DNA of 63,889 bases, counting the filler, from Octopus bimaculoides (lineage: Eukaryota), in the NCBI RefSeq assembly GCF_001194135.2. It is 3 parts of 3 records of this genome, joined end to end, with 100 filler letters (N's around TTAATTAATTAA, not from the genome) between each part and the next. Parts side by side here need not be neighbours in the genome. Positions count along the whole stretch, not along the records: positions 1 to 29,341 come from NC_069001.1; positions 29,442 to 61,436 come from NC_069002.1; 1 more part is not named here. One strand, given 5' to 3'. A program made the position numbers and the translations under genes. Of the stretch, positions 27,632 through 39,844 are shown piece by piece. The notes under the pieces were generated by a model. It saw only the letters and a program-made list of their open reading frames with translations. It was not told where the DNA came from and searched no databases. Position 1 is the stretch's first letter. Every line of letters begins with the position of its first letter.

Positions 27632-28419
27632 AGAAGATATGCAGGGGAAGGGGGTTGGCTACCATTTCTAGCAGACAGATCCACCATCTGAGATGTTTCT
27701 CATTAGCTCCTGTGAAATCTGACATTTTAGATCACACCATTCCAGAGGAGAAATTTCGACTCCAATATTAAACGTGATAAAGACGAGTATTTATTTCCCA
27801 CTGGAATTCATGCTAAAACATTGAGGCTAGTATTCCGACTGTAATATAGGTAATCCATTATAATTGCCATAAATATGCTATAATATAAGACCGACTGTGA
27901 ACCAGATCAAACTCGTGTTTGAAGATTTGCTGTAGATTGTTTTTCATCCCTCCTCTAAAATTATAGATCCGTTTATACTGTTTGTCTTATGTTTATACTA
28001 GTACGTGTAGGATGATGTTCTGTATATCCTGGAATATAGCTGGAATTGATATCAGACATAATAAATGAGATAATGTTTATAGCTAATAGCAGCAGGATAT
28101 TTGTTTTGAAAGTTTAACCTTGTGATCTGAAGTCTGCGAACTCTGACAAAATGCCGCTGCTTATGAAGACGGACATAATTTCCTCCTTTGCGCATTAGTA
28201 GACGCATATTTACGCAAGCACGCTCACGCGCATGCACATACTCAAATACACACACAGAAGTAACTAAATATACATATGCATGTAGACTTATACATAGACA
28301 CACATGATAAACCAAATACGTATTTTCACTAAATACACTACAGTTTACTTTCGGGCAGATGATTTAACTCATATATATGTGTGTGTGTATGAATATATAT
28401 ATATATATATACATGTATA

Positions 28420-28466
<47 letters not shown>

Positions 28467-28745
28467 NNNNNNNNNNAGACACACATGATAAACCAAATAC
28501 GTATTTTCACTAAATACACTACAGTTTACTTTCGGGCAGATGATTTAACTCATATATATGTGTGTGTGTATGAATATATATATATATATATACATGTATA
28601 TGTGTGTATATATATACACATGTATGTGTGTGTGCGTGTGTGTGTATATATACATACATTCAATATTTAAATACATAGATACACATATGAGTACATGCTT
28701 ATATACATACATGTATAGATATATACATATGTGTGTCTGCCTGTA

Positions 28746-28777
<32 letters not shown>

Positions 28778-29341
28778 GAGGTATAGATATACGCATATTA
28801 TTGAGCGTACTAAAGAGGTAGTCGGGGTTATATAAATATTTCAATAGAATCAGAGCTTTTGAAATGCTTTTTGATCAGAGATATAAATTCATCTAAAACC
28901 GTGACCATAAATTTACATGTTGGCTCTCTTGACGAACGTTAAGCTAAATACCATTTTGGACAAATGCATACTGAAATTGGTGGGTCATTATCACTAAATA
29001 ACACAACCCAATACAATTATTTGATATCGTATTCCACTATATTAAATTAGGAAATTAATCAAGGCTGCTTTATCAATATGTATATAGTTTTTAACGTCTT
29101 TTTCGTTGCTTCATTCGTTCGACTGCGGCCATTTTGTGGCACCGCTTTGTAGAGTTTAGTGGAAAAAATCGACCCCAGTACTTATATTTAATTCTGGTAC
29201 ATTTAATTCGGTTACATTTGTCGAACCGCTAGTTTGTGAAGAAGAAAAGAATCCAACATTGGTTGTCAATAATATTTTTTTTTGTGGTGGGGACGGCTCA
29301 GAAATATATAAAGATATACATATATATATATATATATGTAT

Positions 29342-29441
29342 NNNNNNNNNNNNNNNNNNNNNNNNNNNNNNNNNNNNNNNNNNNNTTAATTAATTAANNN
29401 NNNNNNNNNNNNNNNNNNNNNNNNNNNNNNNNNNNNNNNNN
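29342..29441. other. Artificial scaffold spacer N44-TTAATTAATTAA-N44
   Basis: Exactly 100 bp, symmetric, with stops in all six frames; identical construct at 61437-61536. Confidence 0.9.
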
Positions 29442-30151
29442 AACACCACCACCAACACCACCACCACCACCGCCGACGCTTCTACTTCATTACATTCTCT
29501 AACCTCCCCTTCCGCCTCATCACCCCTTGTTTTCCATACACTGTGAATGTGTGTATATGCATGTGTTGAGTTGTGTGTGTGTGTGTGTGCGTTTATAAAT
29601 GCGTGAGGAATTAGTCTGGACAGTGACCTCATTTATGACGTGGTGGTGGTGGTGGTGGTGGTGTGTAGTGGTGGTTGTGGTGGTGGTGGTGGTAGTGTGT
29701 GGATGTATGCGGTTAGAATAGGGATTACTGCTTACTATGGTTGTCCCTATTCATGATGTTACACTGGTTTTCTTTGACCATATGCCTGTTAATCTAGCAG
29801 ATATTTTTTCACATATAGTCAAAGTCGCTCCAACCTCGACTGTCCTGTTTCGTTTTATTTATACGCTAAACTTGTTTACACGCAAAACCCACGCAACGCA
29901 CACAACACATTCACTGTTTTGACCTGTGCTGCTACATAATGTTTGCGGTCAATAAAAAAAATCATCATCATCATCATCATTATTAGTGGTTAAGGTGTTG
30001 CACTCACGATCGTTAGATCGTGATTTCAATTCCTAAACCGGGTGGTGCGTTGTGTTCTTGAGCAAAACACTTAATTCCACGTTGATCTGTTATCATTTTA
30101 ACACCTGACGCGTGGCACACCTGTGTGCACCTGTTCAGACAACATCGATTT

Positions 30152-30188
<37 letters not shown>

Positions 30189-31455
30189 TATGGCATCAAC
30201 ATTTGATCCCTATAAACAAATCATTTGTGCAGGTCGTTCGGCAAAACCTGTAAACCCATAACAAAATTTTTTTTAAATGTCTGTCAAGTGGAATTTGAGG
30301 AAGGTTGGGCCTCTGTTTTTAGCAAGTCATGTGCCACCAATGTCATCACCGTCATTGTTGTTGTTGTTATTGTAGCTGGTTAAATGTCAAGGAGTAGTAG
30401 ACTAAATATTGGTCTAGATAGTTCTTTCTGCTTGGTTCTGTCAATTTGCAACTTGCTGTGTCAAGGTACGTTGATGACAGACTTGCCAAATATTCTGTTA
30501 ATTACAAGACATGTGCGGTAGTGTTCCATCATCATGTCCAGTCACGTGCAAAACTTGTGATTAGGACCAGGTGTGAAATAGACTATGGTCCCTGTTAAAT
30601 ATAGGTTACATTTTAAATATGGAATATAGGCTGCATTTTAACGAATTATAGTTCTTATTAAATATAGGCTACATTTTAATTGATAATAGTTCCTATGGAA
30701 TATATCTTTATCTTTTATCTGTTACTTGTCTGAGTCATTGGATGGTGGTCATGCTGGGGCTCCATCTTGAAAGGCTCAAACAGATTGACCCCAGTACTTC
30801 TAAAATCTGCTGTTTTACAAATTCCACACAAATACAAAGTCCACACAAATAATACCATATCACAAAAATAAATAGTAATGAACAATGTTGTGAAAATTTT
30901 TATCTACTTTCAAAATATGACATCACTGGATATCTGAGCATGATTTCCTTTGAACTACAGGCATAAGGCCTGAAAGTTTTGAAGGGAGGGGCTAGCCTAG
31001 GACATCAACCCCAGTGCTCAACTAATACTTATTTTATTGACCTCAAAAAGAATAAAAGGCTAGTCGACCTTGGCAGTATAATATTTGTGCATAATTTCAG
31101 TATACAAAACATAACAAAGATATGCATAGATATTTCCTGTCCGGTTTCAACTCTAATTGTTGTGTATCAAGTTTCATTTAATGTTTTTGGTTAATTTCAA
31201 ATGCAATAATATAATACAAATATATATAGGTTATTCCTATGATGATAAAGGGGTTAGTATTCTGAACATAAACACCTTGCTCTCTCTCTCTCTCTCTCTC
31301 TCTCTCCCTATGTCTTTCGCACACTCATATGTACATACATACCCACATGCACAGACACACACTCACACTTATGTTTGCTTATATTTATGACTGAAATAAT
31401 TATTCATTCATTTATTTATTTATTTATTTATTTATTTATATCATTTTAATTTCAG

Positions 31456-31723
31456 ACAGCTGTTATCTTAATTATACAACAATGAATGTTATTGATGGAG
31501 TTGAAAGCATAATGAGAACTCTGCCAACACTGGATTCATACACATCAACATATTTCACCTTTCCAGACTCTCAAACATCATCACAACAACAACAACAGCA
31601 ACAACAACAACAACAACAACAGCAACAACACTTGCAACAATAGTAACAACAAATATTACAATTATAAACTGCTGTGATATACTACACTAATATATTCTTG
31701 TACTGCAATTATATCAGTCAAAG
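31456..31723 (+). other. Putative 5' leader exon of the UCP gene (contains the uORF)
   Basis: Acceptor ttttaatttcag|A at 31455/31456 and consensus donor AAG|gtaagg at 31723/31724. The next acceptor ttttgcttttcag at 32099 leads into the exon holding the UCP ATG. No transcript evidence available. Confidence 0.7.
31482..31643 (+). CDS. Upstream ORF, 53 aa, polyglutamine: MNVIDGVESIMRTLPTLDSYTSTYFTFPDSQTSS-Q15-HLQQ*
   Basis: Translated by hand. ATG has A at -3; 15 consecutive Gln codons (13 CAA, 2 CAG); tandem stops TAG TAA. Below the 60-aa cutoff of the ORF track. Confidence 0.55.
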   Translation: MNVIDGVESIMRTLPTLDSYTSTYFTFPDSQTSSQQQQQQQQQQQQQQQHLQQ

Positions 31724-32223
31724 GTAAGGAGAACAACTTATATCTAAGTCATTATGTTTCTCTGTATATATTCCACTGTTACATTTCTTTAATTTTTCAC
31801 ATTTTCCTTTTCCTTTCTTTTCTTTTCACGTTCTTGTTCTTGTTCTTCCAAATTGTGTCTCTTATGATATATATATATATATATATATATATACCAGTAC
31901 TGACTGTTGTTTATCTCCTGGTCAGCTTTGACGAAACATAATGTTACTAGGTTCAAATCTCGTCAGAGTGCATGTTGCTATTTTACAATGCATGATACCA
32001 TTTACACTTAAATTTTATAATTTAATTACTTACTAATTAACTAACATGATTAAATATATAATTATTTATATATATATATATAATATTTTTGCTTTTCAGA
32101 TTCACTACGTACATATCTTTCCATTCCAGTAACAAGAATCTAAATTTAATTAATTAATTATCAAATACAAGACAACTGTGATTTTAATTTTTATATATAT
32201 TTGCTGCATTTCACGAAGTCAAA

Positions 32224-32352
32224 ATGGTTTCAAGAACATCGCCAAATGTCTTAGAACCGTCTCTAACGGTGAAATTCTTTGGAGCTGGTACAGCTGCTTG
32301 TATTGCTGATTGTGTGACATTTCCACTGGACACAGCCAAAGTCAGGCTACAA
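32224..32352 (+). CDS. UCP2: UCP coding exon 1 (MVSRTSPN...AKVRLQ)
   Basis: ATG 32224; donor CAA|gtgagt; exon probably starts at 32100. Confidence 0.95.
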
Positions 32353-33045
32353 GTGAGTGTCTGTTTTCCCAATATTCTGATGAGCTTTATAACCTCGATT
32401 GATTTATTTTTGTTAATTAAATGTAATCACCATAATTGCTACTAACATTACCATCACCATTACTTTTATTATTGCCACCACCACCTCCACCACCGTCACT
32501 ATCACAACTACCGCTACCACCATCATCGTTATACACTACCATCAATGTCGTCATCATTCTCATCACCGTCATCACCACTATTTCCATTACCGCCGCTGCC
32601 ACCGCCACCACCACCACCACCACTACCATCACCATCATCATCATCATCTGTAGTAGCACTGAAAACTGCATCAAATTCCAGATTTTACCAGAACAGAAAA
32701 ATTTAACACAAAATTCTTCATATTTATTTTCAAAGATTCAAGGAGAAACTGGAAACAAAACCAGCAAACTCGGAGTATCGCCAACGACAGAGAAACAGGC
32801 ATTCAAATATAAAGGACCAATTGGCACAATCAGAGTGATTATTCAAGAAGAAGGTGCACGTGCTCTTTATAATGGCATCATTCCAGGTTTGCAACGACAA
32901 ATGTGTTTTGCATCTATTAGAATTGGTTCCTATGACAGTTTTAAAGACTTTTATAGTCGTCTTTATGGAAACAGTAAGTCTTATATTTATCTTTTACTTG
33001 TTTCAGAAATTTCTGGCCTAATATCTATATTAGAAAGTATTATTA

Positions 33046-33092
<47 letters not shown>

Positions 33093-34778
33093 GAAAGCAA
33101 CAAGCTGGCAGAATTGTTAGCATGCCCTGTGAAATGCTTAGTGGTATTTCGTCTGTTTTCACATTCTGAGTTCAAATTCTGCTGAGGTCAACTTTGCCTT
33201 TCATCCTTTCAGGGTTGATAAATCAAGTACAGCCGAGCACTGGGGTCAATGTAATCGACTATCCCCCTCCCCCAAATTTCAGGTCTTGCGCTTATAATAG
33301 AAAAGATTATTATAACTATTAAGTTGAGAAAATTAAGTACCAGACAATTACTGACTAGATGTGATTGACCAACCCACTTTCCCCTAAAAAACTGCCAGCC
33401 TTGTGCAAAAATTTGAAACCATTGTTATTGTTGTTGTTGTTGTTTCCCAAATGCTAACCTATATTTTCTTCCTTCATCTAGATCCCCAAAAGCAACCATC
33501 ATTTATTGCCAAAATGTCAGCTGGAGTGACCTCTGGTGCGATCGCCATCATGATTGCCCAGCCCACCGATGTTGTCAAAGTGCGTATGCAAGCACAAAAA
33601 GCTGGTGTACCAGCTCGTTACTCAGGCACAATGAATGCATATAAAACTATTGCCACCACGGAGGGTGTCCGAGGTTTATGGAAAGGTAACAAAAAAAATG
33701 TCTTTTTAATTGGTCATCTCTAAATTCTAGAAATTTCAAATAAAATTAAAGAAAAAATATTCAATCTTATCATCATCATCGTCATCATCATCATCGTCAT
33801 CATCATCATCGTCATCATCATTTAACTTCCATGGTAAGAGATGAGGAGCAAAGTAAGAGCAGTGAATGGTGAACATAAAAGTGGGTAACAAAATTTTAAT
33901 TTTGTTTTGTTTTTTGTCAGTGAATGTTATTTCCTATTTAGCTTCTATTTAGCCCAGATCTTATCTCCTCCATTCCTTAACTCTTGTATACACATACACA
34001 CATACATGTTCCACCCATGCCAGCATGGAAGGCAGACAGTAAACAATGATGATGATGATGATGATATATATATATATATAGGTATTTAAAGAAAAATTGT
34101 TTTAAATCCAAACAAGTGAATGTGGAGAAGAAATGAAGTTGGGAATGTAGAGTATAGTAAAATTAATTTCAAATTAATCAAATTTTAAAGGAATTAAGTT
34201 TTTTCAGCTACTCTTTTCTATCTTAACTTGGAGGTCCATGTAATGTCTAATATCTTATTTGTCCTTGCTCCATGGGTTTTCTTTCTTTTGCATTCTTTCA
34301 GGAATGGTTCCTAACATTGCCAGGAATGTTGTTATCAACTGCTCAGAGTTGGTCACCTATGACATTGTCAAAAACTTCATCATCACCAGAAATATCCTAT
34401 CAGACAATTTACCCTGTCATTTTGTGTCAGCAATAGGAGCAGGTTTCTGTGCCACTGTAGTGGCATCTCCTGTAGATGTAGTGAAAACCCGTTACATGAA
34501 TTCCAGTTCTGGCCAATATAACGGAGTCTTAAGCTGTTCTTCTCAAATGTTTAAAGAAGGTGGTTTTATTGCATTCTACAAAGGGTGAGTGACATTAATT
34601 CTTTCTGTTCTTCAAATGGTTTCAATCACTGGCCTGTGACCATGCTGGGGCAGTGCATCCAAAAGTTCAGAGTCATACCGACTGCAGTACTTACTTCCTG
34701 CACTTTTTATTGACTACTATTTATTAAATAACTAAATCATCTTTGGATGACTAAAGAGATGCAACTGAATGCACAAGC

Positions 34779-34817
<39 letters not shown>

Positions 34818-35093
34818 NNNNNNNNNNNNNNNNNNNNNNNNNNNNNNNNNNNNNNNNNNNNNNNNNNNNNNNNNNNNNNNNNNNNNNNNNNNNNNNNNNN
34901 NNNNNNNNNNNNNNNNNNNNNNNNNNNNNNNNNNNNNNNNNNNNNNNNNNNNNNNNNNNNNNNNNNNNNNNNNNNNNNNNNNNNNNNNNNNNNNNNNNNN
35001 NNNNNNNNNNNNNNNNNNNNNNNNNNNNNNNNNNNNNNNNNNNNNNNNNNNNNNNNNNNNNNNNNNNNNNNNNNNNNNNNNNNNNNNNNNNNN

Positions 35094-35136
<43 letters not shown>

Positions 35137-35177
35137 TATATATGCATATATGTATGTATATGTATATTTATGTATGT

Positions 35178-35213
<36 letters not shown>

Positions 35214-35365
35214 GCATGTCTGTATGTATATATAAATATCTTTGTTCTCATTTCAGATTTTTTCCTTCTTTCCTGCGACTTGGTTCATGGAATATTGTTA
35301 TGTTCATCTGTTATGAACAAATCAAGAGACTCCTGACCAACAATAGGCAAGTGTTGGCTCATTAG
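32224..35365 (+). CDS. UCP2: Mitochondrial uncoupling protein, UCP2/UCP3-like (SLC25 carrier), spliced CDS, 320 aa
   Basis: join(32224-32352,32736-32973,33482-33685,34302-34584,35257-35365) = 963 nt, all GT-AG, phases 0/1/1/2. Three carrier signatures ([30 protein letters not shown]). Nucleotide-binding Arg residues in GLQRQ, NIARN and SFLRL, plus ELVTYD. N-terminus [15 protein letters not shown] matches vertebrate UCP2/3. Strong Kozak aaaATGg. Exact orthology (UCP1/2/3) needs a tree. Confidence 0.95.
32736..32973 (+). CDS. UCP2: UCP coding exon 2 (IQGETG...RLYGN)
   Basis: Acceptor ttttcaaag, donor A|gtaagt; [14 protein letters not shown] motif. Confidence 0.95.
33093..33310 (+). mobile_element. 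SINE family B copy in UCP intron
   Basis: gttcaaattctgctgaggtcaactttgcctttcatcctttc...taagtacagc matches the other family B copies. Confidence 0.75.
33482..33685 (+). CDS. UCP2: UCP coding exon 3 (PQKQPS...GLWKG)
   Basis: Acceptor cttcatctag, donor G|gtaaca; [12 protein letters not shown]. Confidence 0.95.
34302..34584 (+). CDS. UCP2: UCP coding exon 4 (MVPNIARN...FYKG)
   Basis: Acceptor ttctttcag, donor GG|gtgagt; [10 protein letters not shown] and [13 protein letters not shown]. Confidence 0.95.
35257..35365 (+). CDS. UCP2: UCP coding exon 5 ([12 protein letters not shown]...VLAH*)
   Basis: Acceptor ctcatttcag; stop TAG 35363-35365. Confidence 0.95.
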
Positions 35366-36023
35366 ATATCACCACCACCACCACCACCACCACCATCACC
35401 ACCACTACCACTACCACCACCACTTTATCCAGCTTTCATTGACCTCCCTTACTTTATTATACCACTACGATGACGATGACCACCACCACAACCACAACCA
35501 TCATCATCATCTCCTCCTTCACCACCACCATCTTCATCATCATCATCACCATTAATAACATACTACTGTTTACTTGAATCGGTCAATGCCTCTTCTTACT
35601 TCCATTGTCTTCTCCTTTGTATATTCTGACCAAGAGAAGAAAAGAAGAAATGAAAAAATAGAAATAAAATATTTAAAAAAAAAATCAAAAATTAAAAATA
35701 AGCAAAAGCTGTTTTGTGTCCTTTGAAGAACTATTTACCCAAATGCAAAGATGAGGATTTAGCAAACATTGTTGTCTAAGAATCGATTTGAAAGTTTCAT
35801 CCAAAGGAACAGTTTTCAGTAACACATTAATACTAACTATCACTCCTCCTCCTCCTTCTCTTCCTATTACTGCTACTGACACTCTTGTATTTATATTTAA
35901 AAAAATTTATTTTATACTACGATTGGTTGAACACACAAATCAATTGGTTCATTGAATTTCTGACATTGAGAAACACAGACAGAGATAGAGAGGGAGACAA
36001 TTTACATATTTTGCCTGCATACA

Positions 36024-36107
<84 letters not shown>

Positions 36108-39100
36108 CATACATGTGTATGTACATACATGCATGTACACCTGCATCCATCTTGGGCTTGCAAGCAAGTTTCTGTCTCTCAAATTCCTCTAACAAGGCAC
36201 TGATCAAATCAAGGCCAAACTTCATGACACCAACCCAGAGTGCCAGAGGCTAAGCACTGGAATCGAACCCTGAATCCTTCTGGTTGCGAAATGAACTTCT
36301 TGACAACGCAGTCATGTATGGTTGTTGCTAACCCTTCTACTAATACAATGAGAGAATGCCGGTGAAGTCCCTTTGCTCTCAAAACAGTATTTCCTCACTT
36401 GAACTGGAGAAAACAAACGACACACTTGTGGCATATAATAAAATTTCTTTGCTGTTGTTGCTGTTGTTGTTTAACCCCAGGTCATCTCTGACTAAAGTAG
36501 TCCAGTCATGATCACTTTGTCATTTTGTACAGAGAGGATTACATGGTCCTTTGTTTGTTTTTTATTGGATGGTAGGGTGTGATTTGAGAGAGATGTAGCT
36601 ATTATTTCTTGTAGGCTGAGGTATTTGTTGTTGTTTAGCTCAGATCAGCTCTATTTGATCAACAGATCTATGATTCATAGTCATTCTAGTTGTGACCATC
36701 CCACCATAATCTTAGATATAGTGTACCCAAGATCACAATCCAATGTGCCCTTCCTTTTTTTTAAGAAGACAAATTTGCTTTTCAAAACTTTCACCATCTC
36801 AAATGAAGAATGTATCTACATGGAAGATATAATCAGAAAGATGGTTTGTTAACGAAGCAGTTTGTAGTTGCACAGCCATCAAATCAACCCTCAATACAGC
36901 AGACCCATGCACAACAATGTTCCAGCCATGACCAGCCCATCTATTTTCAGACACATTTCTCTTATGTAAGACTCTGTTATCCCATTTATCATTTATGATA
37001 AGTGTTGATTTGAGGGACATTTGGCTGCTGTTTTTTCTAACAGATCAAGCAATCCACACATAGATTATGCAGTGACCATAAAAGAGGTTCTGTCCTTTGG
37101 ATTCTTGATTCTAAACATTACTCTGTTGATATGCAGAGATACATACACATACACATAAACCATAGTTTAGTTTGTTCAAACTAAACATTTACTATGTGAA
37201 TCCCACTTATCTGTGATCACTTGAAGCAATTTTGGCCCCAAACTCTTGGACATTCCTCCTCCTCCTCCTGTTCTTCTTACCAATGTATATGCAAACCAAA
37301 ATCCATATGCTAACTGGTTTAACACAATTGCCTGGTCCTTATGGAGCATTTAGCAGAGTTCACATGGTATCAAGTCTCTGACCCAGAAGAACCCCCAACC
37401 CACCCATCTTGCCAAGCCTGGTCCCCCATTGAAACTACATGTTTTTTACTATTTCTAATTTATATCCATTTTCCCTGTAGATGTCTAAGCAGTACCTCAC
37501 CCTCAGCTCTAGAAGACACCCGCATAACTCATATGAGCATTACCTCTCTACCCCTTTCCAACACCTGCCCTTTGTCAAATGTGTTTAAATCATTCACACA
37601 CACAGACACGTGCACACATATATAAACTTACACATGCACATACACACATATATTCATACAGAGACATGGCAACACAAAACATACAAACTTACAGACACAC
37701 AAACATACATTCTAAAGCAGAAGCATGCATTGGGTGCAGCAAAAATACTCCCCAGATTCACCATTCTTGGTAAACAGTTCAATAAAAAACACAAGATATG
37801 TGTAAAGCTAAACCACAATTGATAATTAGTAAAAGATGGTAAGACATTAGCTACATGAAAACATCATTATTAATTATCTACCTTCAGTAGTGCAACTTCA
37901 GTGGGTATTTAAAATATGGGAGGTGTTTATGCTGTGCATCATCTACAATCACAAGTATATAGCATAATTATAAAACTACATTCGCTTTCTATCTGTTTGT
38001 CTGTCTGTCTCCCTCTCTCTCTCTCTCTCCCACCACACACATATTTGAACAGAAAGAAAGCTCCCTCAAAATATGTAAGGGAAGGAAAATGACTTAATGG
38101 AACCTATTTTTTCTGTCTTGCTGAAGAACCCTTTACTGGTATCATGTGATTCCTTTACCTGATTCTCTACCCTCTGTTTATGCTGGAACCAACTCCTCTC
38201 TTGCTACAACCTCTCTCCTTACTCTCCATGTTTCCTTATCTCCTGTCTGAATACATTTCTCTCATGTGAAATATGTTCTGTACCTCTAATCACACAGGAT
38301 GTTTGGAAAACACTCCAGCCAAGCATAGCTATGACTGCGACGACAACAACAACAACAATAGCAAAGTCAACTGCACTGTAATATTCGAGGCTTTACTACA
38401 ACCATGTGATGATGACAACAACTGCAAGCATGATGACGAAATGATAATAATAATAATAATAATAATAATGAAGATGATTTCTTTTATTGCCTGTGAGCGT
38501 TCAAGATATTGGGGACCATACAATGCAAATGAGAATGATAAATGTCGAGGAATTTACATTGATTAAAAGACTGAGAACAACAATGGTAATTAATTAAAAG
38601 AAAAGAGCAATAGCTAACAATGTAACGCAACAATATAACAAGGAACTGTGGGATATGTGGAGTAAACAGGTGAGGTCAATGATGACGAGAGCAATAATTA
38701 ACAATACCAGACAATAATGATGAAAACATATCCTAAAGTAATAATTAATAAGACATGAAATCAATAACGATGAAAAGACATTATCACTGGATGATGAATT
38801 TCTGCCATTGATTTTAGAGTGTGAATGCCCTGTTGTTCAATTGACTGGACAATTTACTCATTGAATTAGTGAACAACATAACTGTGTATTCCACAGACAT
38901 GCATGCCGTTTATATAATTCTCAGACATGATCAGTGTGATGCAAATATGATAAGGTTAGGCCTTTGGACTGCTGGTACACTCAACCAGAAGGACTTCTCT
39001 GTGGTTTCTGCTCACTGAAATTACACTCACAAAGCCTGGAATGACCCAAGGCTGTAGTAAAAACATTTGGTCAAGATGCCACAATGTGGGATTGAACTCA

Positions 39101-39493
39101 CCGCTTGGCCACACATACATCTACACATTGAAATAAATAAAGATAACAATATAACAAAAAAAAAAAACAACAACAGTGGGATTTATAGTCAGTAACTGAT
39201 ATGGATTGTGATGACTCCTCCAATCCATACCAGGTTGAAAAGTGGATGTAAAATGATGATAAAATAACCACAATGTTTCAAAAAAATACAAGAAAGGATC
39301 TCCATAACAAATGGGGTTTCAGATGATTTAAAGTACCTAGAATGCTCCTAGAATTAAGTACTGAGGTTAATTTCATCAACTGCTCCCAAATTACAGACCT
39401 TCAGTATAAGACAGAAATTTTTTTTTAATATCATTATCTAATATAGACATTTCTTAAACACCATGTGTTTATATTAAACATAAAATTGATGTG

Positions 39494-39527
<34 letters not shown>

Positions 39528-39569
39528 CAATGTTAATTCTCTAAATGAAGTATTAACAGTAACTGCACG

Positions 39570-39844
39570 ATAAAGTGTAGTATATTGCCACTTAAGTGTG
39601 GCTGACCCCTAGGGGTGGATGTTACTGTTGCTTTTAGCCCCAGGAGGACATCTCCTCCAGTTGGCTTATCAACACACGACTGTGTCCTGTTTGCCAGGTG
39701 AGAGGGATAACTTCCCTTGGCAAACAGGACACAGTCGTGTGTCGATAAGCCAGCTGGAGGAGATGTCCTCCTGGGGCTAAAAGCAACAGTAACATCCACC
39801 CCTAGGGGTCAGCCACACTTAAGTGGCAATATACTACACTTTAT
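39570..39844. repeat. Near-perfect 275-bp palindrome (127-bp arms, 21-nt loop), MITE-like
   Basis: Arms 39570-39696 and 39718-39844 differ at only two transitions. Confidence 0.92.

Noticed and set aside
28295-28620. Tandem duplication around a 10-N gap
   Set aside because: Near-identical sequence on both sides of a minimal gap is typical of unmerged contig overlap or haplotypes.
31482-32226. N-terminally extended polyQ-UCP fusion (uORF is in frame with the UCP ATG after splicing, 366 nt)
   Set aside because: Tandem TAG TAA plus further in-frame stops make readthrough implausible.
32436-33185. 249-aa ORF as a standalone protein
   Set aside because: It is UCP exon 2 read through flanking triplet-repeat introns that happen to lack stops.
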